Shown here: positions 27,670 through 38,297 of the stretch, one piece after another
Position numbering within the stretch: the first letter of the stretch is position 1
Layout of the letters: each line of letters begins with the position of its first letter
DNA from: an uncultured Bacilli bacterium
GTDB lineage: Bacteria > Bacillota_I > Bacilli_A > RF39 > UBA660
DNA: 64,000 bases
NCBI GenBank assembly: GCA_934089275.1
Contig: CAKOJJ010000003.1
Location: forward strand, 2,565-66,564
Direction of reading: 5' to 3'
Made by a program: the position numbers and the translations under genes
The notes under the pieces: generated by a model
Told to the model about the DNA's origin: nothing
Databases searched by the model: none
Seen by the model: the letters and a program-made list of their open reading frames with translations, nothing else

Positions 27670-28758
27670 ATGGAATATGTAGTAGTTGCTTTATTAGTTG
27701 TTTTAATAATTCTTGTAATAATTAGTTTAGTAATTTCTAAAAAGAATAAAACAAATGAAGTTAATTTAGTAGGTGAACTTGCTAGTTTTAAAAATGATTT
27801 GACGAAAAATATGGGTGATTTTAAATATGATTTAGCTCGTGAATTAATTAAAGATTTTTCTGAACTAAATGAAAAAGTTGAAAATAAGCTTAATCATATT
27901 AATGATAAAGTAAATGAAAAATTGGATGAAAACTTAGAAAAAACTAATAAAACATTTTCATCAGTTCTTGAACGTCTTTCTAAAATAGATGAAGCTCAAA
28001 AGAATATTGATGATTTATCTAAAGATATAATCAGTTTACAAAGTGTTTTAACTGATAAAAAGACACGTGGAACTTTTGGAGAAGTAAATTTAAATTATAT
28101 ATTGACTAATATCTTTGGCGAAAAAAGAAGTGTTTATGATATTCAATATCATTTGCCAAACGGATATATAAGTGATGCAGTTATTTTTGCTCCATCTCCT
28201 TTAGGTACAATATGTATAGATTCTAAATTTCCTTTAGAAAACTATGAGAAGATGACAAACACAAGTAATTCTAAACAAGAAAGAGAACTTGCATTTAAAC
28301 AATTTAAAGCTGATGTAAAAAAACATATTGATGATATTTCTAGTAAATATATTATAAATGGTGTAACTTCAGATGAGGCTATTATGTTTTTACCAGCAGA
28401 GGCAATCTTTGCAGAGATAAATGCTTATCATTCAGATCTTTTAAATTATGCATATAATAAAAAAGTGTGGATTTGTGGACCAACAACTTTGATGTCAACT
28501 TTATCTACAATAAGTATGATTTTAAAAAATATTGAAAGAGATAAATATACGAAAGTTATTCATGAAGAATTGAATAAACTAGGAATTGAATTTAAAAGAT
28601 ATAAAGAACGTTGGGATAAACTTTCTAAAAGTATTGATTCAGTTTCTAATGAGGTCAAAGATATTCATACTACAACAGATAAAATAAGTAAAAAGTTTGA
28701 ATCAATAAGTAATGTTGATGATCGTTTAATTGAGTACAAAGAAAATGATGTCAACTAG
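27670..28758 (+). CDS. rmuC: DNA recombination protein RmuC
   Basis: N-terminal anchor, coiled coil, and a RGTFGEVNL...DAVIF...IDSKFPLENY nuclease core typical of RmuC. Confidence 0.85.
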   Translation: MEYVVVALLVVLIILVIISLVISKKNKTNEVNLVGELASFKNDLTKNMGDFKYDLARELIKDFSELNEKVENKLNHINDKVNEKLDENLEKTNKTFSSVLERLSKIDEAQKNIDDLSKDIISLQSVLTDKKTRGTFGEVNLNYILTNIFGEKRSVYDIQYHLPNGYISDAVIFAPSPLGTICIDSKFPLENYEKMTNTSNSKQERELAFKQFKADVKKHIDDISSKYIINGVTSDEAIMFLPAEAIFAEINAYHSDLLNYAYNKKVWICGPTTLMSTLSTISMILKNIERDKYTKVIHEELNKLGIEFKRYKERWDKLSKSIDSVSNEVKDIHTTTDKISKKFESISNVDDRLIEYKENDVN

Positions 28759-28818
28759 TTGCAATTTATTGACATAAGTATGTAAAATATAATATTATTT
28801 AGATGAGGAAGTGATAAT

Positions 28819-29844
28819 ATGGATCCATTTACTGCAATAGTTCTTGTATTCCTTGGTATTACTGGTATTGGCTTTGGTGTTGCAAATATTCCGTATTTTA
28901 TAGGAAAACAATATGGAAGAGAAAAAAGAAAAGCTGAAGAAGCTCAAGCAGCAAGAGAAAGAGATCCAGAGTATCAAAAAGAAATGGTTAAAAAAAGGGA
29001 ATTTACAAATTCAATTGATAAAAAGCAAACTATTCCTTTCTTTGGAATAAAAAACAACAGTGATGTGTTCGAAATGCATTTAAGAGAAGAGTTTCAATTT
29101 GATATTGATAGAGACGTTGTTTTAAAAGGAAAACTAAGATGTGTTGATGAAAATAATCAAAAAGTTGAAACTGATATTTATTTATATCAACCTAGATTGT
29201 TTGCATCCAGTGTCGGTGGTAAAAGTGAAGTTTGTATTGGACCTAAATTAAAGAATAATAAGTTAAATAGTAAATATATGTATTTAGCTAAAAGACCAGG
29301 AAAACAAGACGAAATTTATTATAGTTATGTACCTAAAGCTGAAATTGCAACTGGATCAGAATATGATTTTGATAAGGGTAATCCTTATAACGGAAATAAT
29401 CGTATCCTTAATTATATAAATATAACTTTTGATTATGATGCAGATGGAAATTTAGTGCCTGTGGACTTAAAAAATCCAGTTGAAAAGCAACAACTTTTGG
29501 CATATATTCAAAAATATCGAAACACGAATGTTTTAGAAAATTATGTAAGAATAGCTAGAAGAAGAATGGAAGCAGATCTTGAAAAAGAACGTATGGAAAG
29601 ACTTCGTGAAGATATGGATTATAAAGCTGAGCAAAAAGCTGCTGCACAAGCAAATCGTGAAGAGAAAGAGCCAGAAAAAGTTCCTGAAAAAGATAAAGAA
29701 TATTATGATTTTGAATATGGTGTTTATGGAAAGAAAAATCTTTATAGAACAATGGCACAAGCACATATGCCATTACCAAATGGAAGACCTCCAATGGGGC
29801 CACCTCCTGAGGGACCACATGAAAGTCATGGACCAAGAAGATAA
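28819..29844 (+). CDS. Hypothetical membrane-anchored protein with a charged coiled coil and Pro-rich tail
   Basis: N-terminal TM helix and GAGGAAGTGA RBS. No family recognised. Confidence 0.6.
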   Translation: MDPFTAIVLVFLGITGIGFGVANIPYFIGKQYGREKRKAEEAQAARERDPEYQKEMVKKREFTNSIDKKQTIPFFGIKNNSDVFEMHLREEFQFDIDRDVVLKGKLRCVDENNQKVETDIYLYQPRLFASSVGGKSEVCIGPKLKNNKLNSKYMYLAKRPGKQDEIYYSYVPKAEIATGSEYDFDKGNPYNGNNRILNYINITFDYDADGNLVPVDLKNPVEKQQLLAYIQKYRNTNVLENYVRIARRRMEADLEKERMERLREDMDYKAEQKAAAQANREEKEPEKVPEKDKEYYDFEYGVYGKKNLYRTMAQAHMPLPNGRPPMGPPPEGPHESHGPRR

Positions 29845-29915
29845 TTTTATCTTCTTTTTTTGTTGTTTTGACATTATATTTAATTACTTTAATGTACACT
29901 TAAAATGGTGATGCT

Positions 29916-30650
29916 ATGAAGGTATATATTGATTTAATTATTCTAATTAATTTTGTCTATGATTTTTTAATATTGGCTTCAACATCTGTTCTTTTAAAAA
30001 GAAATACCCCTTTAAGAAAACTTCTTATTGGTTCATTTATTGGTATTTTTAGTATATGTACATTGTTTATTAGACTTAATAGTATAGTTCTTTTGTTTTT
30101 TAAATTTATTTTAAGTTTAATTATGGTTATATTTACCTTTGGTAATAAAAATATTGTTGAGAACACTTTTTATTTTTATGTAATTACAATTATTATTGGA
30201 GGATGTCAATATATGTTAACTGGAAGTGCTTATAAAGTTAATCTTGTTATGATGATTATCATATCTCCAATAATTTTAGGAATATATATTTATGCAATGA
30301 GAAAATACAAAGTTGATTTAAAAAAAATATATGATTGCATAATTATTGATAAAGATAATACATATAATTTAAAAGGTTATATGGATACCGGTAATAATTT
30401 AACTGATCCTATAACAAAATTGCCAGTAATTATGGTTAACAATAAAATCAATTTTAAAAGTCATAAAATATTTTATGTACCATATAAAGTAATAAATAAT
30501 GAAGCAATTTTAAAATGTGTAAAAGTAGATAAAGTTTATATTGATTCTAAAGAAGTAAATGTTTTACTTGGATTAATTGACGAATCGGTGTTAAAAAATA
30601 ATATTGATATCATTTTAAATGAAAATATAAGAGGAGAGATAACATGCTAA
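29916..30650 (+). CDS. spoIIGA: Sigma-E processing peptidase SpoIIGA
   Basis: The N-terminus MKVYIDLIILINFVYDFLIL and the aspartic protease motif GYMDTGNNLTDPITKLPVIMV parallel B. subtilis SpoIIGA. It overlaps sigE. Confidence 0.85.
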   Translation: MKVYIDLIILINFVYDFLILASTSVLLKRNTPLRKLLIGSFIGIFSICTLFIRLNSIVLLFFKFILSLIMVIFTFGNKNIVENTFYFYVITIIIGGCQYMLTGSAYKVNLVMMIIISPIILGIYIYAMRKYKVDLKKIYDCIIIDKDNTYNLKGYMDTGNNLTDPITKLPVIMVNNKINFKSHKIFYVPYKVINNEAILKCVKVDKVYIDSKEVNVLLGLIDESVLKNNIDIILNENIRGEITC

Positions 30651-31333
30651 AAAAGATTATAAATAGAATATTAAAATTTTTAAAAGTAGGGGATTCATGT
30701 TTATTTGTTGGAAGTACAGATATTTTACCTCCACCACTTAGTAAAGAGGAAGAATATGAACTTGCTCTTAGAAGCAGTGAAGGTGATAAATTTGCTCGTG
30801 ATAAGCTTATTGAACACAATCTTCGTTTAGTTGTTTTTTTGGCTAAAAAGTATGAGAATACCGGCTATGACATAGAAGATTTAGTATCCATTGGATCAAT
30901 TGGTTTAATTAAGGGTATTAACACTTATAAGGCCGATAAAAATATTAAACTAGCCACTTATGTATCTCGTTGTATATCAAATGAAATATTGATGTTTTTA
31001 AGAAAAAATAAAAAGAAAAAAGTAGAAGTAAGCTTAGAAGAAACATTAAATTATGATGCTGAAGGAAATACTTTAGCTTTAGAAGATGTTTTAGGTACAG
31101 ATGAAGATATAGTTTTAGAAAATGTTAGTAAAAAACAGGAAGCAAAATATTTGGTTAATGAACTTAATATGTTAAATGACCGAGAAAAACTTATTATGAC
31201 TTTAAGATATGGACTTAATAACACTAAAGAATATACTCAAAAAGAAGTTGCAACAATGTTGGGAATATCTCAAAGTTATATTTCAAGAATAGAAAAGAAA
31301 GTTATAAGAAGAATCAAAGAAACAATTAATTAA
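30644..31333 (+). CDS. sigE: Sporulation sigma factor SigE (pro-sigma-E)
   Basis: ILPPPLSKEEE...GDKFARDKLIEHNLRLVV plus a region 4 HTH. It lies directly downstream of spoIIGA. Confidence 0.9.
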   Translation: MLKKIINRILKFLKVGDSCLFVGSTDILPPPLSKEEEYELALRSSEGDKFARDKLIEHNLRLVVFLAKKYENTGYDIEDLVSIGSIGLIKGINTYKADKNIKLATYVSRCISNEILMFLRKNKKKKVEVSLEETLNYDAEGNTLALEDVLGTDEDIVLENVSKKQEAKYLVNELNMLNDREKLIMTLRYGLNNTKEYTQKEVATMLGISQSYISRIEKKVIRRIKETIN

Positions 31334-31414
31334 GTGTAAACAAGTTATCAAGACTATTTAGTTATTATAATATTATAAATTTTATATGTTAAAATTAGTT
31401 AGAGGTGTGGATTT

Positions 31415-32932
31415 GTGGAAACAGTTGAGTTAAATGATTCTTCTAAAAAAAGAAAAGTTAATAAAAAGAAAAATAAAAGACATCCGTTATTTTATAAGAT
31501 ATTTTCATTTGTATTTATAGTATTAACTGTTGTTGCTTTTTCTTTTGCTATATATAATGATATATTTCCTTTAAATATTTTATTATTTTCAGGATTTTTT
31601 ATCATATTAATTGTTTTATTTATAACAGTTTTATTAAACAGTCGATTAAGAATTTGGTTAAAAAGATTGCTACTTGTATTTACATTATTAATAATGTTGT
31701 TAGAAATAATATTCTTACAATATGGCGCAAATACCCTTGAATTTATAAAAAGCATTAATGATAATGGAAAAAGAATAGATGAATATGGTGTTTATGTTTT
31801 AAAGAGCAGTAAATATAACGATTTAAAAGATTTAAATGAAGAGTCGTTTGGTTATTTATCAACTGAAGATGAAAGCAAGATGACTCAAGTATTTGAAAAG
31901 ATTGATAGTCAAATAGATTTTTCTTATCACAAAGATAATGAACAAGATGAGATGTTGAGTAAATTTCAAAAAGGAACATATGCTGCAATTATAATGGAAG
32001 TTTCTAGAGAAGATATTTTAAAAGAAGATGATAATGAGGTATATAAACAATTAAAAAAAGTAGATTCTTTTAAAATAGAAACTACAGTAAAAACCATTAA
32101 GAGTAGTAAAGATATTACTAAGGATACATTCTTTATGTATATAAGTGGAATTGATACAAGTGGATCAGTTCAAAATAAGGCTAGAAGTGATGTTAACTTG
32201 ATAATTGGAGTTAATCCTAGAACTAAAAATATTTTGATGGTATCTACTCCTAGAGATTATTATGTTAAGCTTCATTCTAAAGGAATGATGGATAAATTAA
32301 CACATTCTGGTATATATGGAGTTGAAGAATCTTTACATACTTTAGAAGATTTATATGATGAAAAAATAGATTATTATGCAAGAGTTAATTTCACGTCTTT
32401 TATAAGTATTGTTAATTCTTTAGAGGGAATTGAGGTTAATGTACCTAAAAGTTTTTGTGAACAAAATTCTAAAAGAGAGTTTGGAGATAAACTTATATGC
32501 TTACAAAAAGGAAAACAAAAACTTAATGGTGAACAAGCTTTAGCGCTAGCAAGACATAGACATTCTTTTGCTACTGGAGATCGAGCAAGAGGAGAAAATC
32601 AAATGATGATTCTTGAAGCAATAATTAATAAAGCTATGAGTCCAAGTATTATTACTAAGTATAACTCTTTATTAAAATCACTTGATAAAAAGGTTAGTAC
32701 TAATATGACTAGTGAGGAAATGCTTAAATTTATAAAAAAACAAATGAATAGAACAAGTGGATGGAAGTTTACTAAATTAAGTGCGAATGGTACTGATTCA
32801 AGAGGAGCTTGTTATTCATCAGGCTCAGCGATTGCTTACGTTATGGCTCCAGATGAGTCAACTGTAACATTAATTAAAAATGCAATGGATGCTTTAGTAA
32901 ATGGTAATGAAATTGTTACACAAGTTAGTTAA
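31415..32932 (+). CDS. LCP (LytR-CpsA-Psr) family cell-envelope phosphotransferase
   Basis: N-terminal TM helices. The LCP core is SDVNLIIGVNP...STPRDYYV...NFTSFISIVNSLEGIEVNV...ARHR. Confidence 0.85.
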   Translation: METVELNDSSKKRKVNKKKNKRHPLFYKIFSFVFIVLTVVAFSFAIYNDIFPLNILLFSGFFIILIVLFITVLLNSRLRIWLKRLLLVFTLLIMLLEIIFLQYGANTLEFIKSINDNGKRIDEYGVYVLKSSKYNDLKDLNEESFGYLSTEDESKMTQVFEKIDSQIDFSYHKDNEQDEMLSKFQKGTYAAIIMEVSREDILKEDDNEVYKQLKKVDSFKIETTVKTIKSSKDITKDTFFMYISGIDTSGSVQNKARSDVNLIIGVNPRTKNILMVSTPRDYYVKLHSKGMMDKLTHSGIYGVEESLHTLEDLYDEKIDYYARVNFTSFISIVNSLEGIEVNVPKSFCEQNSKREFGDKLICLQKGKQKLNGEQALALARHRHSFATGDRARGENQMMILEAIINKAMSPSIITKYNSLLKSLDKKVSTNMTSEEMLKFIKKQMNRTSGWKFTKLSANGTDSRGACYSSGSAIAYVMAPDESTVTLIKNAMDALVNGNEIVTQVS

Positions 32933-32938
32933 ATACTA

Positions 32939-32969
32939 TGTCAACCAAAAAAGGTTGACATGTTTTTTT
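32939..32969 (+). terminator. Rho-independent terminator after the LCP gene
   Basis: TGTCAACC / GGTTGACA stem followed by a T-run. It overlaps the rpsP -35 element. Confidence 0.75.
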
Positions 32970-32983
32970 CTATATGATAATAT
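32955..32983 (+). promoter_or_regulatory. sigmaA promoter of rpsP
   Basis: TTGACA, a 17-nt spacer, then TAATAT. Confidence 0.6.
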
Positions 32984-33010
32984 ACTTATAGAAAAAAGGA
33001 GGCATAAAAG

Positions 33011-33286
33011 ATGGCTGTTAAATTAAGATTAAAAAGAATGGGATCTAAACAAAAACCTTTTTATAGAGTTATAGCTGCTGATTCAAGAAGCCCAAGAGAT
33101 GGTAGATTTATCGAAACTGTTGGTACTTATGATCCAGTTAAAAAAGAAGAAAGCATCACTATTGATGAAGAAAAAGCTCTTAAATGGTTAAATAATGGAG
33201 CTCAACCAACTGATACTGTTAAAAATTTATTAACTAAAAAAGGTATCTGGGCTAAATACAAAAATACTAAAAAAGAAGGTAAATAA
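33011..33286 (+). CDS. rpsP: 30S ribosomal protein S16
   Basis: [35 protein letters not shown] is canonical S16. Confidence 0.95.
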   Translation: MAVKLRLKRMGSKQKPFYRVIAADSRSPRDGRFIETVGTYDPVKKEESITIDEEKALKWLNNGAQPTDTVKNLLTKKGIWAKYKNTKKEGK

Positions 33287-33289
33287 TTT

Positions 33290-33541
33290 ATGCATAGTGA
33301 ATTAATTGCTTTTACAGAAAATTTAGTTAAGTCTTTAGTTAAAGAACCAGATTTAGTTAAAGTACAAGAATTTTTAGGAGATGAAGATATTATTCAACTT
33401 GAAATTATTGTACCTGAAGATGATATGGGAGTAGTTATTGGTAGAGGTGGAAAAATGGCTTCAGCTATTCGTACACTTATTCAAGCTGCTGCATATAATA
33501 TGGGAATTAATCGCGTTAGAATTAATATTGATTCATTTTAG
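33290..33541 (+). CDS. KH domain RNA-binding protein (YlqC-like)
   Basis: GVVIGRGGKMASAIRTL contains the KH GxxG motif. The position after rpsP is conserved. Confidence 0.85.
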   Translation: MHSELIAFTENLVKSLVKEPDLVKVQEFLGDEDIIQLEIIVPEDDMGVVIGRGGKMASAIRTLIQAAAYNMGINRVRINIDSF

Positions 33542-33638
33542 TGTAAACACATGGTTATGTTTTAATAATCGTGTGTTTTTTCTTGCTATCTTTTGGTCAA
33601 AATTGGTATAATTAAATGGTATAGGAAAGGATATGAAT

Positions 33639-36275
33639 ATGAAATACGTATATTTATTTACTGAAGGTAATGCTGATATGCGAAACTTACTTGGTGGTAA
33701 AGGTGCTAACTTAGCCGAAATGACTAATATAGGTTTACCTGTTCCTCAAGGTTTCACAATCACAACTGAGGCATGTACTCAATATTATGAGGACGGAAGA
33801 GAAATCAATGATGAAATTCAAGCTCAAATAAATGAGTATATTGCAAAAATGGAAGAGATAACTGGAAAGAAATTTGGAGACTTAGAAAATCCATTATTAG
33901 TTTCAGTTAGATCTGGAGCAAGAGCTTCAATGCCAGGTATGATGGATACTATTCTTAATTTAGGTTTAAATGAAGATGTAGTTAATGTACTTGCAGAAAA
34001 ATCTGGAAACCCTCGTTGGGCTTGGGATTGCTATAGAAGATTCATTCAAATGTATTCTGATGTAGTTATGGAAGTAGGAAAGAAATACTTTGAAGAATTA
34101 ATTGATCAAATGAAAGAAAAGAAAGGTGTAAAACTAGACGTAGAATTAACTGCTGAAGATTTACATGAACTTGCTGATCAATTTAAAGCTGAATATAAAT
34201 CAAAAATTGGTGAAGATTTCCCAAGTGATCCAAAGGTTCAATTAATGGGAGCAATCAAAGCTGTATTCCGTTCATGGGATAATCCAAGAGCAAATGTTTA
34301 TAGAAGAGACAATGACATTCCTTATTCATGGGGAACTGCTGTAAATGTTCAATCTATGGCATTTGGTAATATGGGTGATGATTGTGGTACAGGTGTAGCA
34401 TTCACTCGTGACCCAGCTACTGGAGAAAAAGGTTTATTTGGTGAATTCTTAACAAATGCACAAGGTGAAGATGTTGTTGCTGGTGTTAGAACTCCAATGC
34501 ATATTTCTGAAATGGAAGAAAAATTCCCAGAAGCATTTAAACAATTTAAAGAAGTTTGTGCAACTCTTGAAAGTCATTATAGAGACATGCAAGATATGGA
34601 ATTTACTGTTGAACATGGTAAACTTTATATGTTACAAACTAGAAATGGTAAGCGTACAGCTAAAGCTGCTTTAAAAATTGCTTGTGATTTAGTAGATGAA
34701 GGTATGCGTACTGAAGAAGAGGCTGTTGCTATGATAGATCCTCGTAACTTAGATACATTACTTCATCCACAATTTGATGCTGAGGCATTAAAGAAAGCTA
34801 CTCCAATTGGAAAAGGATTAGGTGCTTCTCCTGGTGCTGCTTGTGGTAAAATTGTATTTACTGCAGAAGATGCTGAAAGAGAAGGTATCGGCGGAAAAGG
34901 AGAAAAGGTTGTTCTTGTTAGACTTGAAACTTCTCCAGAAGATATTACTGGTATGAAAGCAAGCCAAGGAATTTTAACAGTTCGTGGTGGTATGACAAGT
35001 CATGCTGCAGTTGTTGCTCGTGGTATGGGAACTTGCTGTGTTTCTGGTTGTGGAGACATCGCTATGGACGAAGAAAACAAGAAATTTACTCTTGCTGGAA
35101 AAACATTCCATGAAGGAGATTATATCTCAATTGATGGTACTACTGGATGCATTTATGATGGAATCATTCCAACAGTCGATGCAACAATCGTAGGTGAATT
35201 TGAAAGAGTTATGTCTTGGGCAGATAAATTCAGAAGACTTCGTGTTAGAACTAATGCTGATACTCCAAGAGATGCTAAAAAAGCACATGAACTTGGTGCT
35301 GAAGGTATTGGACTTTGTCGTACTGAGCATATGTTCTTCGAAGAGGATAGAATTGCTGCATTTAGAGAAATGATTTGTGCTGATACTCTAGAAGAAAGAG
35401 AAACTGCACTTGATAAGATTTTACCTTATCAACAAGGTGATTTCGAAGCTTTATATGAAGCTTTAGAGGGTGATTCAGTAGTAATCCGTTACCTAGATCC
35501 ACCTCTACATGAATTCGTTCCAACTGAAGAAGCAGATATTAAGAAACTAGCTGATGCTCAAGGTAAATCAGTTGAAAGAATTAAAGAAATTATTGCATCT
35601 TTACATGAATTTAATCCTATGATGGGACATCGTGGATGTAGACTTGCAGTAACATATCCTGAAATTGCAAAAATGCAAACAAGAGCAGTTATAAGAGCTG
35701 CAATAAATACTAAGAAAAAACATGCTGACTGGAATGTTGTTCCTGAAATAATGATTCCATTAGTTGGTGAAGTTAAAGAGTTAAAATATGTTAAAGATGT
35801 AGTTACTCAAACTGCTGATGAAGAAATAGCAGCTGCTGGTATCGAACTTGATTACAAAGTTGGTACTATGATCGAAATTCCAAGAGCTGCATTAACTGCA
35901 GATGAAATTGCTGAACAAGCTGAATTCTTCTCATTTGGAACTAACGATTTAACTCAAATGACATTTGGATTCTCAAGAGATGATGCTGGTAAATTCTTAC
36001 CATCATATTATGATAAAAAAATCTATGAAGAAGATCCATTTAAAACACTTGATCAAAAAGGTGTTGGAAAACTAATTGAAACAGCTGTTAAGTTAGGAAA
36101 ATCTACTAGACCTGATATTCATTTAGGAGTATGTGGTGAAACTGGTGGAGATCCTAAATCAATCGAATTCTATCACAATGTTGGACTTGATTATGTTTCA
36201 TGTTCACCATTTAGAGTTCCAGTAGCACGCCTTGCTGCTGCACAAGCCGCTATCAAGTCAGGAACGCAAAAGTAG
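33639..36275 (+). CDS. ppdK: Pyruvate, phosphate dikinase
   Basis: MKYVYLFTEGNADMRNLLGGKGANLAEM, the phospho-His region GGMTSHAAVVARG, and the C-terminal PEP-utilising domain with CRTEHMF. The second ATG is preferred by SD spacing. Confidence 0.95.
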   Translation: MKYVYLFTEGNADMRNLLGGKGANLAEMTNIGLPVPQGFTITTEACTQYYEDGREINDEIQAQINEYIAKMEEITGKKFGDLENPLLVSVRSGARASMPGMMDTILNLGLNEDVVNVLAEKSGNPRWAWDCYRRFIQMYSDVVMEVGKKYFEELIDQMKEKKGVKLDVELTAEDLHELADQFKAEYKSKIGEDFPSDPKVQLMGAIKAVFRSWDNPRANVYRRDNDIPYSWGTAVNVQSMAFGNMGDDCGTGVAFTRDPATGEKGLFGEFLTNAQGEDVVAGVRTPMHISEMEEKFPEAFKQFKEVCATLESHYRDMQDMEFTVEHGKLYMLQTRNGKRTAKAALKIACDLVDEGMRTEEEAVAMIDPRNLDTLLHPQFDAEALKKATPIGKGLGASPGAACGKIVFTAEDAEREGIGGKGEKVVLVRLETSPEDITGMKASQGILTVRGGMTSHAAVVARGMGTCCVSGCGDIAMDEENKKFTLAGKTFHEGDYISIDGTTGCIYDGIIPTVDATIVGEFERVMSWADKFRRLRVRTNADTPRDAKKAHELGAEGIGLCRTEHMFFEEDRIAAFREMICADTLEERETALDKILPYQQGDFEALYEALEGDSVVIRYLDPPLHEFVPTEEADIKKLADAQGKSVERIKEIIASLHEFNPMMGHRGCRLAVTYPEIAKMQTRAVIRAAINTKKKHADWNVVPEIMIPLVGEVKELKYVKDVVTQTADEEIAAAGIELDYKVGTMIEIPRAALTADEIAEQAEFFSFGTNDLTQMTFGFSRDDAGKFLPSYYDKKIYEEDPFKTLDQKGVGKLIETAVKLGKSTRPDIHLGVCGETGGDPKSIEFYHNVGLDYVSCSPFRVPVARLAAAQAAIKSGTQK

Positions 36276-36410
36276 ATAAAAGAACAAAAGTGTTTTTAAG
36301 CCGTATAATCATTACGAATGACGATATTATAAGGTATAGAAATGATATACCTGAATGTAAAAATATAGTCATTAAAAAACCAATTATTCTTGATGTTTAT
36401 ATATAATTTT

Positions 36411-36452
36411 AAGACTGAGATGACTTTTATGTTGCAAATCTCAGTCTTTTTT
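36411..36452 (+). terminator. Rho-independent terminator downstream of ppdK
   Basis: AAGACTGAGAT / ATCTCAGTCTT stem followed by a T-run. Confidence 0.75.
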
Positions 36453-36528
36453 GCATCTAAAGTAAAAATATATTAATTTTTATGATAAAATATAATTATC
36501 TGCTAAAAATCCAAATAGGAGGGTAATT

Positions 36529-37521
36529 ATGAATAATAAAACTTTGATATTAAGGCCAATGATGAAAATATCTGATATGGTTCCTTATTTGAAAAATAAA
36601 AACATTAAATTTGAATGTTGTTCAGAACAGGATGCTGAAATATATTTAAAAGAAAATAATAACTATTATAATGTAACATCATATAAAAATAATTTTGTTA
36701 AATATCAATGTGGTGAGCTTGAAGGAAAATATATAGATTTAGATTTTGCATATTTAAAAGATTTATCTATTATAGACTATAGAACTAGACTAGTATTATT
36801 TAAAATGATAATTGATATAGAACATTATTTAAAAATAAGAATACTAAATACTATTGAGGGAATATCAGAAGAGGATGGTTATAAAATTGTTAATTTATAT
36901 TTGGAAAAAGATTTTAATGACAAGGAACGTCCTAAAAGAGTGCATGAAAGCATTAGAAAAAAAGTATCAAATGAGTATTATCAAAAAATATTTTCTAAAT
37001 ACGATTTAGATAAAGATACTAAAATAGAAAATATACCTATTTGGGAATTCCTTGAAATAATCACATTTGGTGAATTGATTAATTTTTTTGATTTCTTTAC
37101 TAAGTATTATATTTTAGACGACAATAAATATATATTTATTTTAAGAGAAGTAAATAAACTTAGAAATGCTGTTGCTCATAATTCTTGTGTATTATGTGAG
37201 CTAGACAAAAAAGACAATACGCATAGAGTTGATACGTTAGTTATTAATTATTTAAAAGATTGTGGCATTGGGAAAGAGAATAGAAATACTAAACTTTCTA
37301 ATTCTAGAATAAGACAAATTACCTATACTTTATATATGTTTAATATTATAGTAAGTAGTGATGGCGTAAAGAATAATGTAAAACACGATATTACAAAATT
37401 ATTTTATGGAAGAATAATTTTAAATGGAAAATACTATAATAATAATGGACTATTGAAATCCATATATAATTATTTTGATAAAATTATTGAGAAAAATTAT
37501 AAAGAAAATTTGGAGCAATAG
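36529..37521 (+). CDS. Abi_2 (AbiD/AbiF-like) abortive-infection family protein
   Basis: YLKNKNIKF...AEIYLKENNNYYNVTSYKNNF...DLSIIDYRTRLVLFKMIIDIEHYLK...LRNAVAHNSCV follows the Abi_2 family pattern. Confidence 0.75.
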   Translation: MNNKTLILRPMMKISDMVPYLKNKNIKFECCSEQDAEIYLKENNNYYNVTSYKNNFVKYQCGELEGKYIDLDFAYLKDLSIIDYRTRLVLFKMIIDIEHYLKIRILNTIEGISEEDGYKIVNLYLEKDFNDKERPKRVHESIRKKVSNEYYQKIFSKYDLDKDTKIENIPIWEFLEIITFGELINFFDFFTKYYILDDNKYIFILREVNKLRNAVAHNSCVLCELDKKDNTHRVDTLVINYLKDCGIGKENRNTKLSNSRIRQITYTLYMFNIIVSSDGVKNNVKHDITKLFYGRIILNGKYYNNNGLLKSIYNYFDKIIEKNYKENLEQ

Positions 37522-37522
37522 T

Positions 37523-37551
37523 TTGACATAGAAAAATATTTGTGATATATT
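37523..37551 (+). promoter_or_regulatory. Promoter-like element immediately after the Abi gene
   Basis: TTGACA, a 17-nt spacer, then TATATT with a TG at the extended -10 position. Confidence 0.35.
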
Positions 37552-37588
37552 GTCTATGCAAGGAAAAAATGTTAAATCATTTTTGTAA

Positions 37589-37619
37589 GGGGTCTATTTT
37601 AGGATAGAGCCCTATTTTT
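37589..37619 (+). terminator. Terminator-like hairpin (Abi gene and/or a short transcript)
   Basis: GGGGTCTAT / ATAGAGCCC stem with one mismatch, followed by a T-run. Confidence 0.5.
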
Positions 37620-37742
37620 CTTTAAAAAAATTTAAAAGAAAAAACATTAAGTCAATTAGTTGAAAAAAATATCAAAGCATTCTGAACTAAACTGTGATAC
37701 AAGCTGCTATTAAAGAAAAAAGTAGTAAATAATTGGTATAAG

Positions 37743-37782
37743 AGACTAAGTATTTTTTTACAACTTAGTCTTTTTATTTTTT
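37743..37782 (+). terminator. Orphan rho-independent terminator in decayed intergenic DNA
   Basis: Perfect 9-bp stem AGACTAAGT / ACTTAGTCT followed by a T-run. No intact ORF upstream. Confidence 0.6.
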
Positions 37783-38297
37783 GATAAAAAAACAAAATAT
37801 TGAAAGAATATATTAAAAATTTGATAAATCATTTAATAATAACTAATTACATTTTTAAGAAAGAGGATGTGGATATATATTTGCTACAAGAACTTTAGCT
37901 GATAATAAAGATAAAATACTATTTATATTTCTGTGATGAAGCTGAAAACAAAGAATACAAAGGGTAAGAGTATACTTTATTTGAAAGTTATAATGAAACA
38001 ATTACTAAAATAAGCTCTGGAGATAAAAAAATCACTTAACATCAAATATTATTTGAGAAAAATTAAAATCAATATCATTGGCTATTCACAAATATGTAAA
38101 AATCTTTTTTATTCGGAATTGTTACTTGAAATAAATGTTGTAGATTAAGATGACAAAATTAACTTATAAAATACAATTATCTTTGGAAAAAATTGTGAAT
38201 AATATTAATTCAACCAAAAGTAGAGTAATTCAACTTTCTCTTTATAGCTATTATGTATTAATTAATTCTATAATAAATATATGGAAGGAGAAAAAAG

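Noticed and set aside
29579-29911. 110-aa + strand ORF in another frame over the 3' end of the 28819 gene
   Set aside because: It is a K-rich low-complexity alternative frame of a charged coiled-coil region with no independent start signals.
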